Part shown: positions 33,801 through 48,800 of the stretch, piece by piece
How the letters are laid out: every line of letters starts with the position of its first letter
How positions within the stretch are numbered: the first letter of the stretch is position 1
Source: Haliotis rubra
Lineage: Eukaryota
Direction: 5' to 3'
Length of the DNA: 64,000 nt
Assembly: GCF_003918875.1 (NCBI RefSeq)
Contig: NW_025765956.1
Location: forward strand, 1 to 64,000
Made by a program: the position numbers and the translations under genes
Notes under the pieces: model-generated
What the model saw: only the letters and a program-made list of their open reading frames with translations
Database searches by the model: none
Told to the model about the DNA's origin: nothing

Positions 33801-36800
33801 AACCCTCTCCACTGTGCCCCTGGGCAGAAGAAAGTATATTATCACCCGCGGCAAACAAGTGGCATGTATTCCCAACCATCTCGGTCGGAGAACCCATCAA
33901 ATTACCAGATTACATTCAATCTCGCGCCCCCTTCAAGTTAATACCTCGTTGGGCCAGGATTGATCAATTGAGAATGTTATGATCAATCTATAGGGCAACG
34001 TTTCCTGCAAACTGGTTTGATTTATAACCTCTGGTGTCGGCGTGTTTATCAAGACAAGCCAGTGCCCGGTGGTGTGCTGGAACAGGTAGACGTTATCACT
34101 CACACAACCACTGTTTCAGAAAGCCCACGTGAAATTCAACTGGATCTGGGAGTTATGATTTGAAGCTGGACGTTGCGTATTTTGACAATCGAGAGGATGT
34201 AAGGCGCATATCATATATTTAAACTTGCTTCCTCCTTGTCCAAGTTTAAATTAACTACATACTTACTTCATCGAGGGAAAGGTAGGGGCTGGGCCTGATG
34301 AGAAGTTCGTTTCAAGACAGTTTCCCCATTGAGCAGTGGTGTTTTCTAATCCTGTGGTATAGCATGTGTGGGCTATGTTATGAAGGTACGAGGGGCGATC
34401 AAAAAAAATGTAGAGTCACCAAGAAAACGATACAAATGCAGTCATTTTTATATTTTATTTTTCTACATATTATCTGTCAAGCTCAAGCATGTTGGTTCCA
34501 GTCTCACGATCCCCATTTTGTTTGACTTTTATCTAGGTACCCTCAAAAAACGCAAAATCTACAATAAATGCATCAAAAACTGCAGGAAACAAAAAATGCA
34601 AGAAATTTTGTGTGTTTGAGATTGATAGAAGTCCCCTAGAATCACACTTATACATTAAAGTTCATAAAAAGCATTTTGAAATTACAATCGCTTGCTAAAG
34701 TGACTCTCCCCTTCATGTTGACTGAAAAGAGTTTGTTTTGGAGACACTACCCATCCCCTTTCAGATGACGTAATCATAAGGACATAACTTATTCTAATGT
34801 TTTCACTTATTCATACATGATGACAAAGGTTCAAACTAAACACTGAATGGTCACACAAGTGTCAGCTCACAATATATTGTAAAGAGTACCCGCTTGAATA
34901 TCTGGACACAATGTTTTAGGAAGATTGAAATGGGGGGTGTCCTTAAAAAACAGCCCTCGACTAAATATAAATTAAGCAATCCAAATATTTGACTGTTGAT
35001 TATGGCGGGAAGTCATCCAATACTATACTGAACATATTTTATATGATATACTCTGAGGGCATACCATTATCCAAGAGGTACCAAATGACAGATCGTTTTT
35101 CATTTTCTGCAGTTTTGTTAGAAATATTATACCTCTATGTGTTGTGATGACTAATATCTCGTTAACCATATTACCCACATATGTGAAAGTTTGGATATGA
35201 CTTTGCTAAAGATTCCTTCAAAATAAAATAGAAGCTTTTCAAACATTGGACATCGAGAATACAGTAAGTCTACGTACTTTTTGATCTACTCACGTATGCC
35301 TAGGTTGCTCTTTATTCGCTATCAAACTACAATCTATCCTGAATCTGTGAATCTAGACCGAGCGTTTGAGGTGCCGACCCAACGTTTGTTCAAGACAAAG
35401 TGAGATCATATATCAATCTTAGAACGGTCGACTTGATAAAACAGGAATATTTGATTCTATTCCTTAAGAACAATATATTTGTGACAACCATCAAGACGCA
35501 TGATGATTCAGTTAGTGTAAAACGCTTTTCATTTCTGAAGTCCTTTCAGCAAAATAAAGAATCATTTTACAAAGAAAGGGCAGGAGATGAAGATGGTTTC
35601 GACAAGACTACAACCGTCCCACATCTTACACGCCGATAGAAGGCCGATCACTTACTCAAACACAACGCTAGCAGAATTTGATTAGATCTTCCACCAGAAA
35701 TGGATTTACACCAATTACGGCGGCATGCTTGCAGCAACATCTGGCACTTCTGTCAACGTGTTCTCAAAACACGTGTACGCCTGTATTCAATCTCCAGGAT
35801 TGGCAGGGGAACAGAACTAGTTGAGAGTGTTTCAATACCTTGATCGGACCTCTGTAGGCAGTGCTTGTAGACATGAAGAGTAAACATTTATCGAGGTTTG
35901 GGGTCTGAAGGAGAATGATCAACAGGCCTGTACACTTGGTTGAAAATAACATAATCACCGTGAAAGAAAAGTATGATGAGCTATGTTTCTATCTTGATTT
36001 TAAAACGGATTGAAACGTTTTTGTATTGCAGACCAATGATTACTGGATCTGGGTCCGGTCGATTTTGTCTGACTATCTGAAGATATAACGCAAGCGCTTC
36101 GTCGTTTTTCAACTTGATAAGATAGAGTAACGTCTCTTTCGACCTGCCCATGGCGACGACATATAACACCGTGGTTACCAGACCTGACACACTCAACAGA
36201 CTCCTGTACTTCCCCAGTTGGATTCCAGACAACAGTTGTTCTCCACTGGCCCTGCTTTAAGCGATCATAAGGCGTATTACGTGGCCATAATCAACGGTAT
36301 TAGTTTGGTGACGCTCACAGCTAATGGATGTGTCCAGTACTGCCTTTATATATGCAACGTACACAATCACAACAGGTAGTTGCCCAAATAGCGAAGTTGT
36401 AGTCATTGTCACTTTGGTAACTCCAAGGAGCACTGATATGGCGAAACTATAGGCCAAATCTGAGACAATTTAGTAAGTATGTGTGTGTGCGTGTCTGCGT
36501 TCTTTTCATTCCTCAATATTACAACAGGGAAACACGACAATGCACTTCAATCATTATAGTCACATGGAAACTCGAACCAGGGTATTAGCAGTAAGCATTC
36601 AACCCACATGGCTAACCTGTCTCTTCTGCGCAGCTAAAATTCAGTTGAAAGCTCAGAATTATTGTTTCAAAGTGTTACGATTTTCTATCCTGAGAGTAAT
36701 TAATTTAAAACACCACCTCACTATGTTTACCCTAGTGTAAATGTTAGAACTAAATGTAGATGTAAAAGCCAGACAGGGAGCAAACAGCTATTGCCAGATC

Positions 36801-39800
36801 CAGGCTGAAGATTATGTCTACGACCAGTGATTGAGTTACTGAACATGTTCTGCTGCTTCATTAACAGAAGGGTCATCCTTGACCTGGATCAATGGCACTA
36901 AAGGTAGCCATATCCCCCTGTCTACAGAATGGTTCGACCTGTGAAGATCCGGTTTAGAATTGATCTTCAGCAACCCATGGTTTTCGTAACGGGATCGGGT
37001 GGTCAGGCTCGCTGACTTGGTTGACACTTGTCATCGTATCCCAATTGTGTAGATCGAGGCTCATGCTGTTGATCACTGGATTGTCTGTTCGAAACATGAC
37101 TATTTACCGACCGCCGTTATATACCTGGAACATTGCTGAGCGTGGCGTTAAACAACAAACCAACCAACAGAACGGTTCAGTTTTGTCCATCTTATTGACA
37201 AGGAAATTGGAGCTAAGACCACAAGGAACATAGGTGATTCACAGATGAACGCCTTAAACAGATTACAAATTTTAAGGGATGCTTCCACCATAATTCAGTT
37301 CTCACGGTTGTTCTGATTTGAAAGAAGGTTCCTGACCAAGTTTGCAATTACCTTCCGTATAAATGAAGCACTAAATAAAGAAGCACCTGATTGGATGACC
37401 TCACAGTTTTCACGACACAGTGGCAGTGTGGTAGAGCTAGAGGAGTAGAGGGAATCTGTGGTGGAGAGAGAGGTGTGTACGTCCGACATGTCCACGCTTG
37501 TCTGGTACCGGTCCTGACAGTTTAAATACCTTGACGTACCACGACAGCACCCATATGGTTTATGTGCTACTTCTTGCCACGTCATGAATAAAGATCATTT
37601 CAAGGGATGAATATAGTACGTCGTTAGGAACGCACTGTCATCAATCACCATGAGGTAAATCCTGCTGTTGATATGATGATATCCAGCTCAGAGGGTTCAT
37701 TGGAACAGTCCAAATACATAGCACAGTTACTGCATGCGTCGGTGGGAATATGGTTGTGGTAAAACAATGTTACAACGCGTAACAATAGGGTTTATGCCGT
37801 AATATGGTGTTACATGATACACACATGTGACGTCACTCAGCTATGTAAACGATCGATTAATTTTCAGTCTATGTATTTGTAGTCAGTTCGCTGAAACACA
37901 CATTTTGATTACGTACATTATGTACACAGTGGAATCATTTCGGAAGACAATGGACGTCAATCAAGCGTTCTTAAACTTATTGTAAACAGTGTGTGTCCGT
38001 GCGTTCGTGCGTGTGTGTACTTGCTCTTAGTTCTATATTTCACATCTACACCATCAGCAGGTTCTCAAAGGACCCATGTTGAACGAAGATTGGCCACAGC
38101 AGTACGGAGCACATTCTACGTGCAATTGTGAATGGTTAATCCCACAATATAGGTACAGAAAACAAAAATTTATACAGTGTATATTTTAAATATTTACATA
38201 AAAAGAAAGTTAAAAAAAAATACATGTAGCGATAATTTGGGTAAGAGAACATGCTCGTAACTGTCAGCTCGTAAAAACGAACTGTTGTCACGAACCGATA
38301 TTTACGACTGTGCTCTCTTCAACACAAACGTCCACTGCCGTCAGCTGCACATTGCATAACAATACACGTCCGCTGCTGTCGGCCGGAGTCTGGTTCCTGT
38401 CCCAATTATATCACACTCATCAGATAGACGCTATCAATATGTTGAGCCAATGATCAGTGTATTCAAATATGCGGCCACGATAACAGAGTACTTAACGGTA
38501 GTGTATCAGACAGGAGTCTCGCGCCTGTGGGTAATGCTGGGGTTAGCGAGGAAACACATACAGGGGCTAATTCTAACGAACGAGACGGGAGAAACGCTCT
38601 ATTCTAGGAACTGAATGACTCGATAATGTCTCTCCAGACAAACAAACACAATTATCTCAGTTTATTCAGTTGCGAGGGGCTATCTGTGTGTCTTGGTATT
38701 TCAAAATACCAGTTCTAATGACACGGTGGCACTACGCTGGTCTCAAGTAAAACATATCAGGTTACACGACGTCGTCAAGTCATGATATAATTAACACTTA
38801 TGTATTTTAATGATATTTTGTTGTAGATGTACTGCTTTTCAAGTGCTATATCAATCAAATGTATCAATTATCGATGATGGGACACATCGTTGATGTTTTG
38901 AACGTGGCAGTTTTCGCCATATCTAAACAAAGGTGATGTTCGTGATACGTTGGGAACATGGTTTACCCACGCTGAAAATGCCTCACCCCGAATCCCTTGG
39001 GTGTCCAACTCCTGAAGTACTTGGTGAAGCCGTGTGGTTCGTGTCCCTGACAGATGTACCACAGCTGGATGTCCCATGAGTCCCGACCTGCCTGGTCCTT
39101 GGCCAGGTAAGCCTGAAACAACAATTGGAAAACGTGTAGCATCGTAACTCAAAGGGTTAAAACTTTACACTTCGTTGCCACGAGACAAATACTCCAATTG
39201 CAAGCTTGCGGTACAATACACGGTAAGATAAAGAAAGCTCGATACCTGTGCTTATAGGAAGCCCTGTCAGCAATTGAAGTGAACGAACTAAGAACATATC
39301 CAGTAAGTAGATCATATTTAATTAACACAATTGTGTTTGTTTGTTGTTTAACACCGCACTCAGCGGTCTGTAAATAATTGAGTCTGGACCAAACGATCCA
39401 GTAATCAAAAGCATCAGCATCAGCATCGATCTACTCAATTGGGATATAATGACATGTCAACCAAGTCAACGAGTCTGACCACCCGATCCCATTAGTCACC
39501 TCTCACAAGAAGCATGGGTTACTGAAGACCAAATTTAACCTGGATCTTCACGGGTCAACAAAATTGTGCCTTGATATTTATTTATTTCTTGGCCACACAA
39601 GAAGAAACAGTTACGTTATTTTCAATTCACGTTCATGAATGTTTTCAACCTGTCAATAAATTCTTCATATCATGGCGGGGAGAACCAATGAACCGATGAA
39701 ACCCAAGGTTAGTGAAACCGTGCCCTTAGTAACTAACTTGCAGCTTAATTTAAGACAGAATCCGTTTATTCTGCATACGGTTAGCTGTTTCCTAACGACC

Positions 39801-42800
39801 TCACTATATGTTATGGAGGGGCTAAATGTTTCGGGCAGTCAGCATAGTTATGCCACCGTCTGTGTTGTATCGAGTTTAGACAAAATATACACAGGGATGA
39901 GTGCACGGTCAACGACCCACGTTGTCGGACGTCACAACATGACCGAAGTCACACACCAGAACAGACGTTAGTTGGCAATCACTTTCAAATAGAGCCAATT
40001 GTTTCCCAAGTGTGCTTGGAAACGTGGCGGCTTACCCACGAGCTAACGCGGAAATTGGCAATAAAGGGTAATAACGCGTGTGATTGGGAGTGTGGCCTGT
40101 CTGGTCATTTCGCCCATCTGACCAGGTGTATGGTGGAGAACTGCTGCTTAGTGTAACCACACAGTGGATGCAAAGCTTACTGTTATCTGGAGTTTCAGAG
40201 GGAAGTAACAGATACACATGCCGTCAGACAGTTATATATACTCAGTTATGTACTCCTTCGTCGGACATTCCGGACTCCAGGCTCAACCTGCCGCCGTTTA
40301 TACTACTGTCGTATACAACATGCCGTATTTAACTGGAATATTTCTTGCTTGGTTGAACCTCACGTAGTAACATATGACTAAGCCATTTACACGTTCTAGG
40401 TGACCCACATGAGCTACTAACAACGAAGGTCAGTGACAAGGTCTCTATGGTACTATAACATTATACTCAACCCCATGTGACAGGGGCGGTGGGGTAGCCT
40501 AGTGGTTAAAGCGTTCGCTCGCCACGCCGAAGACCCGGGTTCGATTCCCCATATGGGTACAATGTGTGAAGCCCATTTCTGGTGTCCCCCGCCGTGATAT
40601 TGCTGGAATATTGCTAAAAGCGGCGTAAAACTAAACTCACTCACTCAGGCCAAGTGACATGTTTTAACACTGGTAACTGTTCTGGATATAACACGTGGCT
40701 GAAATGTCCAGTAGGTGCAAGGCATCAAACGTTGACCACACAACTCACCTGTGCAACGTCTCCAAACATGTTGCGTGTGTTTGAGTCAATGTTCGTACCG
40801 CACCACAGAAAAATCTGTCAAAAACAGGATAGGACAATGTAGTGTTAAACAAGCTTAGTTATTGGTAATGGAAAAGATACGCTCTTACATCTGTGAACTT
40901 TGAATATTTCTCCAAACATTTCTAGTTCATAGCTGACTACATGGTCAGTCATAAATAAGAACCACCTACTTGCCTTGTCTATTTTGTTTCCGAAATCTCA
41001 ACAGCAGTTCAATGTATAAAGACTAAGTGATTGGTTATTGAACTGTAACCTCTAACAATGGATGGCGTGTGGCTCAATAGGTTCAATGAAGACGCATTCG
41101 ACAATCAAACAAGGGAAATAAATATCTGTTACAACACTCAGCAGCTCTCTCCTCCTAAACTTGGCCAAGGGAACGTGTTTCAGGCTACTGTAAAGTACAT
41201 AATGATAGTTGGACGTCCGTCACTAGTGGTAATGGTTCACTTTCCTCCCAGCAAATCGACAGCAATCCCCATGGTGAAAAGAAACTTGCAATTTGTTTGC
41301 GAGACAAATGGCAGTACGCTTCTTCCCCGTCATGACAGACTGATAAATCCCCTCCCCGAATACAGGGTAGTGCACTCGCAGTCTGCATGTGATTTTTTAA
41401 ACGCCAATTCATCAATGTTAAGTCTCCAGACTGGGATTCAAGGGTTTCAGCACTGTGACCGAGGCACCACTGCAGACAGTATGTATGAGGGCGCTTTCTT
41501 TCACGCAGACACCAATCATACTAACGCTGTGGAGGTCAGCCCTGGACAATTACCTGGTCAAATGTGTCGAAGAGCATCAAGTCCTGTTCAGTGAAGTCCT
41601 GTAAACAGATCGATGACAGTCAGGGAAATATAGATCGGGAAGATATAGATTGGGAAGATACAACGTCTACCACATCAACGGGTGCTTCTACAGTAGCTGA
41701 CATCAGACTATGTCCCGTACTTGAGAACATCATATTTATCGTAAACATAATGATATACCTAAAGTAAACGTATACTTGCAAATCGTATAAGTCACTCTTT
41801 CAGTCATGACAAAGATAGGATGACTTGATATTGTCAAATTTTGTTTTCTAAAGCTGAACACGCAGCCATGCATACCTCTTGATTGAAGTCAACCGTCTCA
41901 TCAAAGCTAAACCCAGATACTTCGTCAGAACAGTGGAACAGGCGAGGATTCCTCCTTTCTAGGCGCTGAAACATGTACAACTCCTGGTTATATTATTATC
42001 AGTAACTGGTTTTTCATTCTCCATGATGATATTTAAGCACATGGAATGACGATAGACAGGGTTGCAGATTGGAGTACTAATGTAGAATGTGACAGGACCT
42101 TCATCCCAGGAATTCCTACTTGAACATGTTTCTAATGCATGTAGAGATGTACAGGATGATAGTTACCGTGGTGATGTAATCTGCTTCATACTGGAGTCTA
42201 CCGCCCAACACGGACCAGAACACCTCCGTCTCCTTCGTTTCCGTCACTATGTCGTAATCGTACATTCTGCAACGGGGGAACAACACGTACACATACACAC
42301 TATGTAGTCACAGTTCAGGAAACGTACTAGCATCACACACACACACACACACACACACACGTAGTCACAGTTTAGGAACCGTACTTGCAACATCTAAAAC
42401 ACACACACACACACACACGTAGTCACAGTTTAGGAACCGTACTTGCAACATCACACACGCACACACACACAGATGTACGGAAGACTCAGTTGGAAATCAC
42501 TCCATTGCTCGTTGTGCTTTTGTGATCAGAGGAAACTCGGAACGATATTAAACTTGAAAGTGAAAGTGAGATCGATAATATATATATTTCATATGACGAA
42601 TTACATGAACCTGAAAATCTGTATGATTTATGACCTACTTGCACGGATGAAGATACCCAAGGATGTACTTGGCGTATTCCCTCTCAGGGCCACCAGAACG
42701 CTGCAACAGTCCCAAATCACAACACTCATACCCGTCTGCTGACAACTGATGTTCATTAGTCTTGTCTAGCAAGCTTACCTTATCGGTATATGCCACACAT

Positions 42801-45800
42801 AATGTTGAGATATCAATAAAATATAATCAATAAAACTAAAATACTTTTTCTAAGGAAACAAATTTAATGAACTAGCGTTGAACTTGGCAAAGTACATCTT
42901 AATAATGTTGAGTATGTTAAAGTAATAACTTTGACCGTCTTCTGGTTGGTAAGGGTGAAAACTCGATGAAAAGTAATCAAGCATCTGTGAATATGCAGAC
43001 GGTCGTAAGGAACCATGGTAGTGTGGCTTTACAATAAATCAACGCTTTCTTGTTCTCACACAGTGAGTGAGTGAGTTTAGTTTTACGCCACACTCAGCAA
43101 TATTCCAGCTATATGGCGGCGGTCTGTAAATAATCGAGTTTGGACCAGGCAATCCAGTGATCAACAGCATGAGTGTTCTCATACAAATATGCACAGTTTA
43201 ACCGAGATGTTTTTTGGCAGTAATTGTTCAATTACTTATGAAATGATATATATGCACGGTAGAAGGTAAACGTCAGATCGACAGAAACAAATGATGTTAT
43301 CTTGCACGTACCCGTCCATACCATAAAAAGCAGTCGTCAGGGGAGATAACTACGAAAGCTGCCGACGAGTAAAGTGACGCTGCTGTTGGCGGGACCTGTG
43401 AAAAGGGTCACAATAGAGAACTGGGCGTTTCAACAGCAATCACAATTACCAACATGTTTAGGTGCAGGCGTCGTAAATCTGAGTCGATAACACACAGGAT
43501 GTTAGGTATGTCTTCCTTATGCCACAGGTCTTGGTTCCCATCCCACGTTCGCTCCCAAGTGTACAAAAACCAATGTGAAGGTGTTTACCTGAGCTACTCT
43601 AATGTTTCCCTTGATAAACTCCCGCACGGAGAAGACTTGGACTGACGGTGATGTTTCCTCCAGGTCTTTATCGAACTGTACACAGATCATGATGAATGAG
43701 TTTAAACTTTAAGTTTAAACTTAAAATTTAACATAGCATCGGCATTGTTTCAGCCATGGTGCAAAGAATAAGACAAATCAATAAAGACATTCCGACATTC
43801 ACTTAGTTTCGCAGGGTGATATCGAAGATGAATATCACTCTTTACTTGTGCGTCCATTGTACGCTGATATACCTATTACTGTCAGTCAGTGTCATAAAGT
43901 CTGCTTTAGTTAACTAATGTCATTCGACTGGCTATGTATGGAATATATCCATGGACGTTTCTGAAACGATTTTGAGGGTATGGATGCAATTATGACGTGG
44001 AGTCGACCGGTATGTACCTCAGTCACACTGCATGTATACAACTTGGTTAATGCCACCACAGTTATAATACTAAAGGCAACCTCAGTATCGTGACTGAGAC
44101 TTGATTGTCTCGAACGGTATGATTTTAAGTCAGTTTCACTTCTTTCGCAGCTTAAAACGTGTGTTCGTATTCTATCAGTAATATAAACCTACGACAATCA
44201 TTGAATTTCCCAGGACGTTGAGCATGTGACTGGGTTCTTTTCCATCCAGAACACGCACCTGCAACAGACCAAGAGACAGCTCATGATGATCACGAATGTA
44301 TTATTTGTTGAAACACATACATGCTAAAGGTAATAACTGTTTGGTGTACAGATTATGCTAGGACGTACTGACATTGATTCTTTATCAGTACACAATATAG
44401 ACCTCCATTTACTGAGCTCATTGAAAGGTTTAGCAATATTTTAGTATCTGTTTCCAAGAATGACGTTCCTCTCGCGTCAGCAATCACGTATCATCTGACC
44501 TCCTTTACAATCGATAATGGTTGAATGATAATTTTGGTGAAATTTCACAGCAACACAAGATATTGTTGCGAAAATAGAGTTGCATCACCGCATGTACTCC
44601 ATTATAAAGCGATCATTATCAAGTTTAACTGTTGGATTTCTGTATGTCCTGTGAGGTGATAGTTGTGACCTGAACGAGTCAGAACGAGTCCAACTGATAG
44701 CACCGTTATGAATGTTGAACGATGACTGTTCATGTAGACTGTACGTGGCGAGTAAGGCAGCATTTCCTGCTTTATCTACCGTCTTCTCGAGGTAACGTAC
44801 CAGAGCGGTGTTATGGTGGTACGCCTCCTCCATCACCATCGCCAACTCCACGATCCGCGCCCTGTCTGGCGCGGAGGCCTTACTACCCTAAGACGAGAGA
44901 ACATGGCGATTAGTAACATAACGCGAGTTGAATGAGTAACATTTGACTGAACTGGTTATGTAACATCTGTGACAAGAAGACTTGACTAGATTCACCAGGG
45001 TTAATTATGGTTAACTTGCATCCTTGTTACATCAATGGATGAAGAAACACAATAGTATTTCTAAAACACACAACTATGAGACATTAACTTTACTTGACAA
45101 GATTGCCATTGTATCTTTTTCTATTCAGGAAAGGAAAATTAACGTGTACAAATACGTACATCAAACACTAATATTGTATCTATATCAAACTAGTATCTAT
45201 ATCAACACTCTCCGTAAAACATGTTCCAATATTTACATAAATCAATAACTGTATCGTGACTGCATAACTGTATAATTGTGTTAATTAAAATCCTTCGTAA
45301 TCATAACTGACTCAGTAAACACAACTAATCGACTTTAACGAGACCACTGGTAAGTTCCTAACCAGAATACCACACTCCAGGTGTGAAACAGGTATGGGCA
45401 ACTTAGAGCAACCGAAGTATGACGTACACCAAGGTTAACTGGGTTCACACCCGTTCAAATGGGTTCTCTTGGGTTTGAAATCAAACCCAAACACAGTGAC
45501 ATCAAACACCGACCAAACATCTCTACAAAGACCATTCTGTTCATGATGACAAGTATGTGCGTTAATATCAAGAGTGTAGATCTAATTTCGTGGACGTAGG
45601 CTTTGATTTGATTACAAGCGACAACGTTTATAACCCTTAAGTATTATATTGCTTGATAGTGGTTTTATGATTTAATGAATATTCATTTTGTTTGGATAAA
45701 CAAGGATTACATCTTTCTGTGACGGTGTTAATAACGACGGCTCCTGTTTTCGGCAACGACGACACGAAAGACGAACGCAAGACGGCTTTTGTCTTTAGGC

Positions 45801-48800
45801 CTTCCTAATGTCATCATTCGCTCATAGGAACGAGCGTTTTAACTCACTGAATAATGCAATTTGGTCTGATATACTAGGATAAATGTACAGACATGCACAG
45901 CGTAATGCGTCGTTAGCTGCTAACATCATTAATAATTTCTAGAATGAGTTAGTACTTCAAAGAGTGCCACCTCTATATTGCCTACTTGTTCCCCGCAGTT
46001 GCATACTGAATTTAAATATGCATCTCAACGTCATTATCAAAATATATCTCACTGATAAGGTCAGAAATAGTTCAATTACTCCAGCCTTGTTGAGTGTATT
46101 CCCATTCTTCTATTGATGTCACTCACCCGCAGTTCCCATCCTCTATTGTTGACATTCCTTGCAAACACCTGGCTTAATTCATCTGCCGGTCCCACCCTAC
46201 CATTGCTGATAGCCCTCACGAACACCTGACTTCATTCAAACCAAGTTCCCACCCATTGTTGACGGCCCTCACGAACACCTGACTTCACCCAAACCAAGTT
46301 CCGACCCATTGTTGACGGCCTTCACGAACACCTGACTTCACCCAAACCAAGCTCACACCCATAGTTGACGGCCCTCACGAACACCTGACTTCACCAGAAC
46401 CAAGTTACCACCTATTGAACTTACCATCCAGTAGTACAGGGTCCGCTTGCAATGCCGGTCATCTAGATGTTGGTTGTTTATGATGTAGCACTGGCCGTTC
46501 GAGAAACTACCGTTATCCCATCTGTCCACAAACTCCAGGGAGTTGTCCCTCAGTACGTACACCTGCAGCTGCTGAAAATACCAGAATATGTATAAGCCTT
46601 GTTAGGGTTCTTACTGAATTACAGAAATGTCAAATAATGGGAAAACTTTTCTTCAAACATTAACAAGAGTATTCCTGTCACAACGACCTTCATCTTATCG
46701 ATATCAACATGTGCAACTCTTACCAGATACCTGCATTGACTTTACGCAAACAGTGAAAACATGAAAGCATACATCTGAAAATTGGATTCGATTAATAAAT
46801 TAAAACGTTATCAAAACTCTACTAGGAGGAGACAGTTGCCGAAACTGCCAACTTGAAGCTCCATGGCGCCACAGGGGCTGTATTGCTGAAAATAATACGT
46901 CCTAGGTCCAACATTCGTTCACTGATAGCCATCTACATATAGATATATACTACTTATATTTATCTATATGTAGATGGCTATCAGTGAACGAGCGTTGGAC
47001 CTACAAGCTCCCGTGCATAGCACAACATTAGTTCAATGTTTAGCCACCTTCAGAGGGTGCTCAGCCACACTTATGTACTGTGTCACTGATCTATTCTTGA
47101 ACCCCTCGTCTTAAGATTTATTTTTCTTGTGGCCATTTAAAGTGAACCAAACGGTGGTCAAGCATCTGAATCCTAGCACAACAAACAACGACAGCAGTTA
47201 TGAACCAACCTCGTCCGTGTTGATGATGTCGCTTTCCTCCACTGTATCTTCTGATAACGTGTCCCCCACTTTAGCTACGGTTCGCTTGCTCGATCGAGAG
47301 AATAACACCCTACCTGTGGTGAACAGGAAGCAGTCACAAAAACATCTTCCCTTGTACATTAATCTACTGTTCGAAAGAACTCAAACGGACCACTAATTGT
47401 CTTTTGTTATAACCATAGTTCGTTACATGCATCTCAACTAAAATATACAGCAACAGGTAAGGAAAAAACCGGTTCGTTATAAGAGTGTTCGTGATAAAAG
47501 TTGTTTACTGTATATCGAACAGTCACAGAACATTGGACTAGGCGGTGATTAAGGTGTATGTGGATATTTTGTAAATATACCGTTTTCTATAAAAGTGATT
47601 TTTATTATGGTGGCTCTATGGTTGCTTTAAGTATCGAGGCACGACTAGGGTCACTTTTCTAAGTATCTCTGAACACTCCTTAGAAGGAACATACTAGGGC
47701 TGGGATGGGTCCAAATTTCCTACCCGGGTACCCGACCCCCTATTACCCGACCCGACCCGGGTACCCGTTATAGGTTGATTGGTTTTATAGTTTGAGGGCG
47801 ACGTGGGCCAATCAGAGGCGTATTTGCGCCCAACACATTGACTTGATTTAATAAAACATTATAGTTATTTCATCGCCAAAAGGAATCGTTTAGTTATTAT
47901 TATTAATATTCATTTGGATAGACGTATACATATATCGAATAACCTCTGCTTCATGTTACGGAATTATAACTTTAAGTAATCACTTCCATTTCTGAAACAT
48001 GAAATACTTATTCATTAAAAAAGCAGTAGGTTAAATTGACAGAGCGTTAATATGATTTAAAACCACAGAACTAAATACATTCTAATGTATGTGTAAGCCA
48101 CTTGAGAGCCTGTCTAGATTACATGATATTTTCCAGATGACGAGACAAAATCTAAAACTGCCCGTTGCACGGACCCGTACATGATATTGGGGCCCAAAAC
48201 TGTTTCTAAAGAAAATATTTCATCAACCTCAAGTACAGCACTTCTGAGATTGTGTTTTATGTTGGGTACCCGTTATATCACTAATTGCGAGTTATTCCCC
48301 TTCAATAAAATCAGTTACGGTATTTTGAATACTCGCATCAGGCACAAAGACAAAATGCACTTTGTGCACAGTGCAGCTAAGTCAGAAAGGAGGAAGTACG
48401 TAATCGATGTGGAAACATCTGAAGAAGAAACATCCCTCCGTAACAAACCAGAAGCTACAAACAAATGCCGTTCCAATCTACAGGCAAAATACAATTGAAG
48501 GTAAAAATAAAAAGTGTATACCATTAAACTAACAAGTAAACAATGTAATGTAAACATAAAGTTTTCAAGGTAAATACCTCTCTCCCTCACCCGTGGACTC
48601 ATAATCCAATCACAAAAGTCAGACAGACAGACAGATTGCTTATTTACGTCTCACCATATGTACATTAAAATAAATAATAATGCATATAAAAATATACAGT
48701 AAATATTATAAATGGAGTTTTGAGAGACGGTTGATAATTAAATATCACAGAGCAATATATTAGAAGCATATGAGCAGATAAAATGACAAATAAACTTAAA

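Larger units (their letters stand above)
24651..37950. repeat. Tandem segmental duplication, copy 2 (continuous with the full villin gene)
   Basis: Matches 13542-24650 from 25070 onward. Carries three extra insertions (SINE 28628, Tc1 31951, mariner-type 34389) and deletions relative to copy 1. Confidence 0.9.

Noticed and set aside
40483-40560. tRNA-like sequence (also at 28730-28797 and 51681-51755)
   Set aside because: A/B boxes continue into a shared SINE body and tandem tail, and one copy has a TSD. These are SINE heads, not tRNA genes.
41058-41594. 178-aa plus-strand ORF
   Set aside because: No recognisable motif; it lies antisense in a villin intron and overlaps exon 41554-41598.
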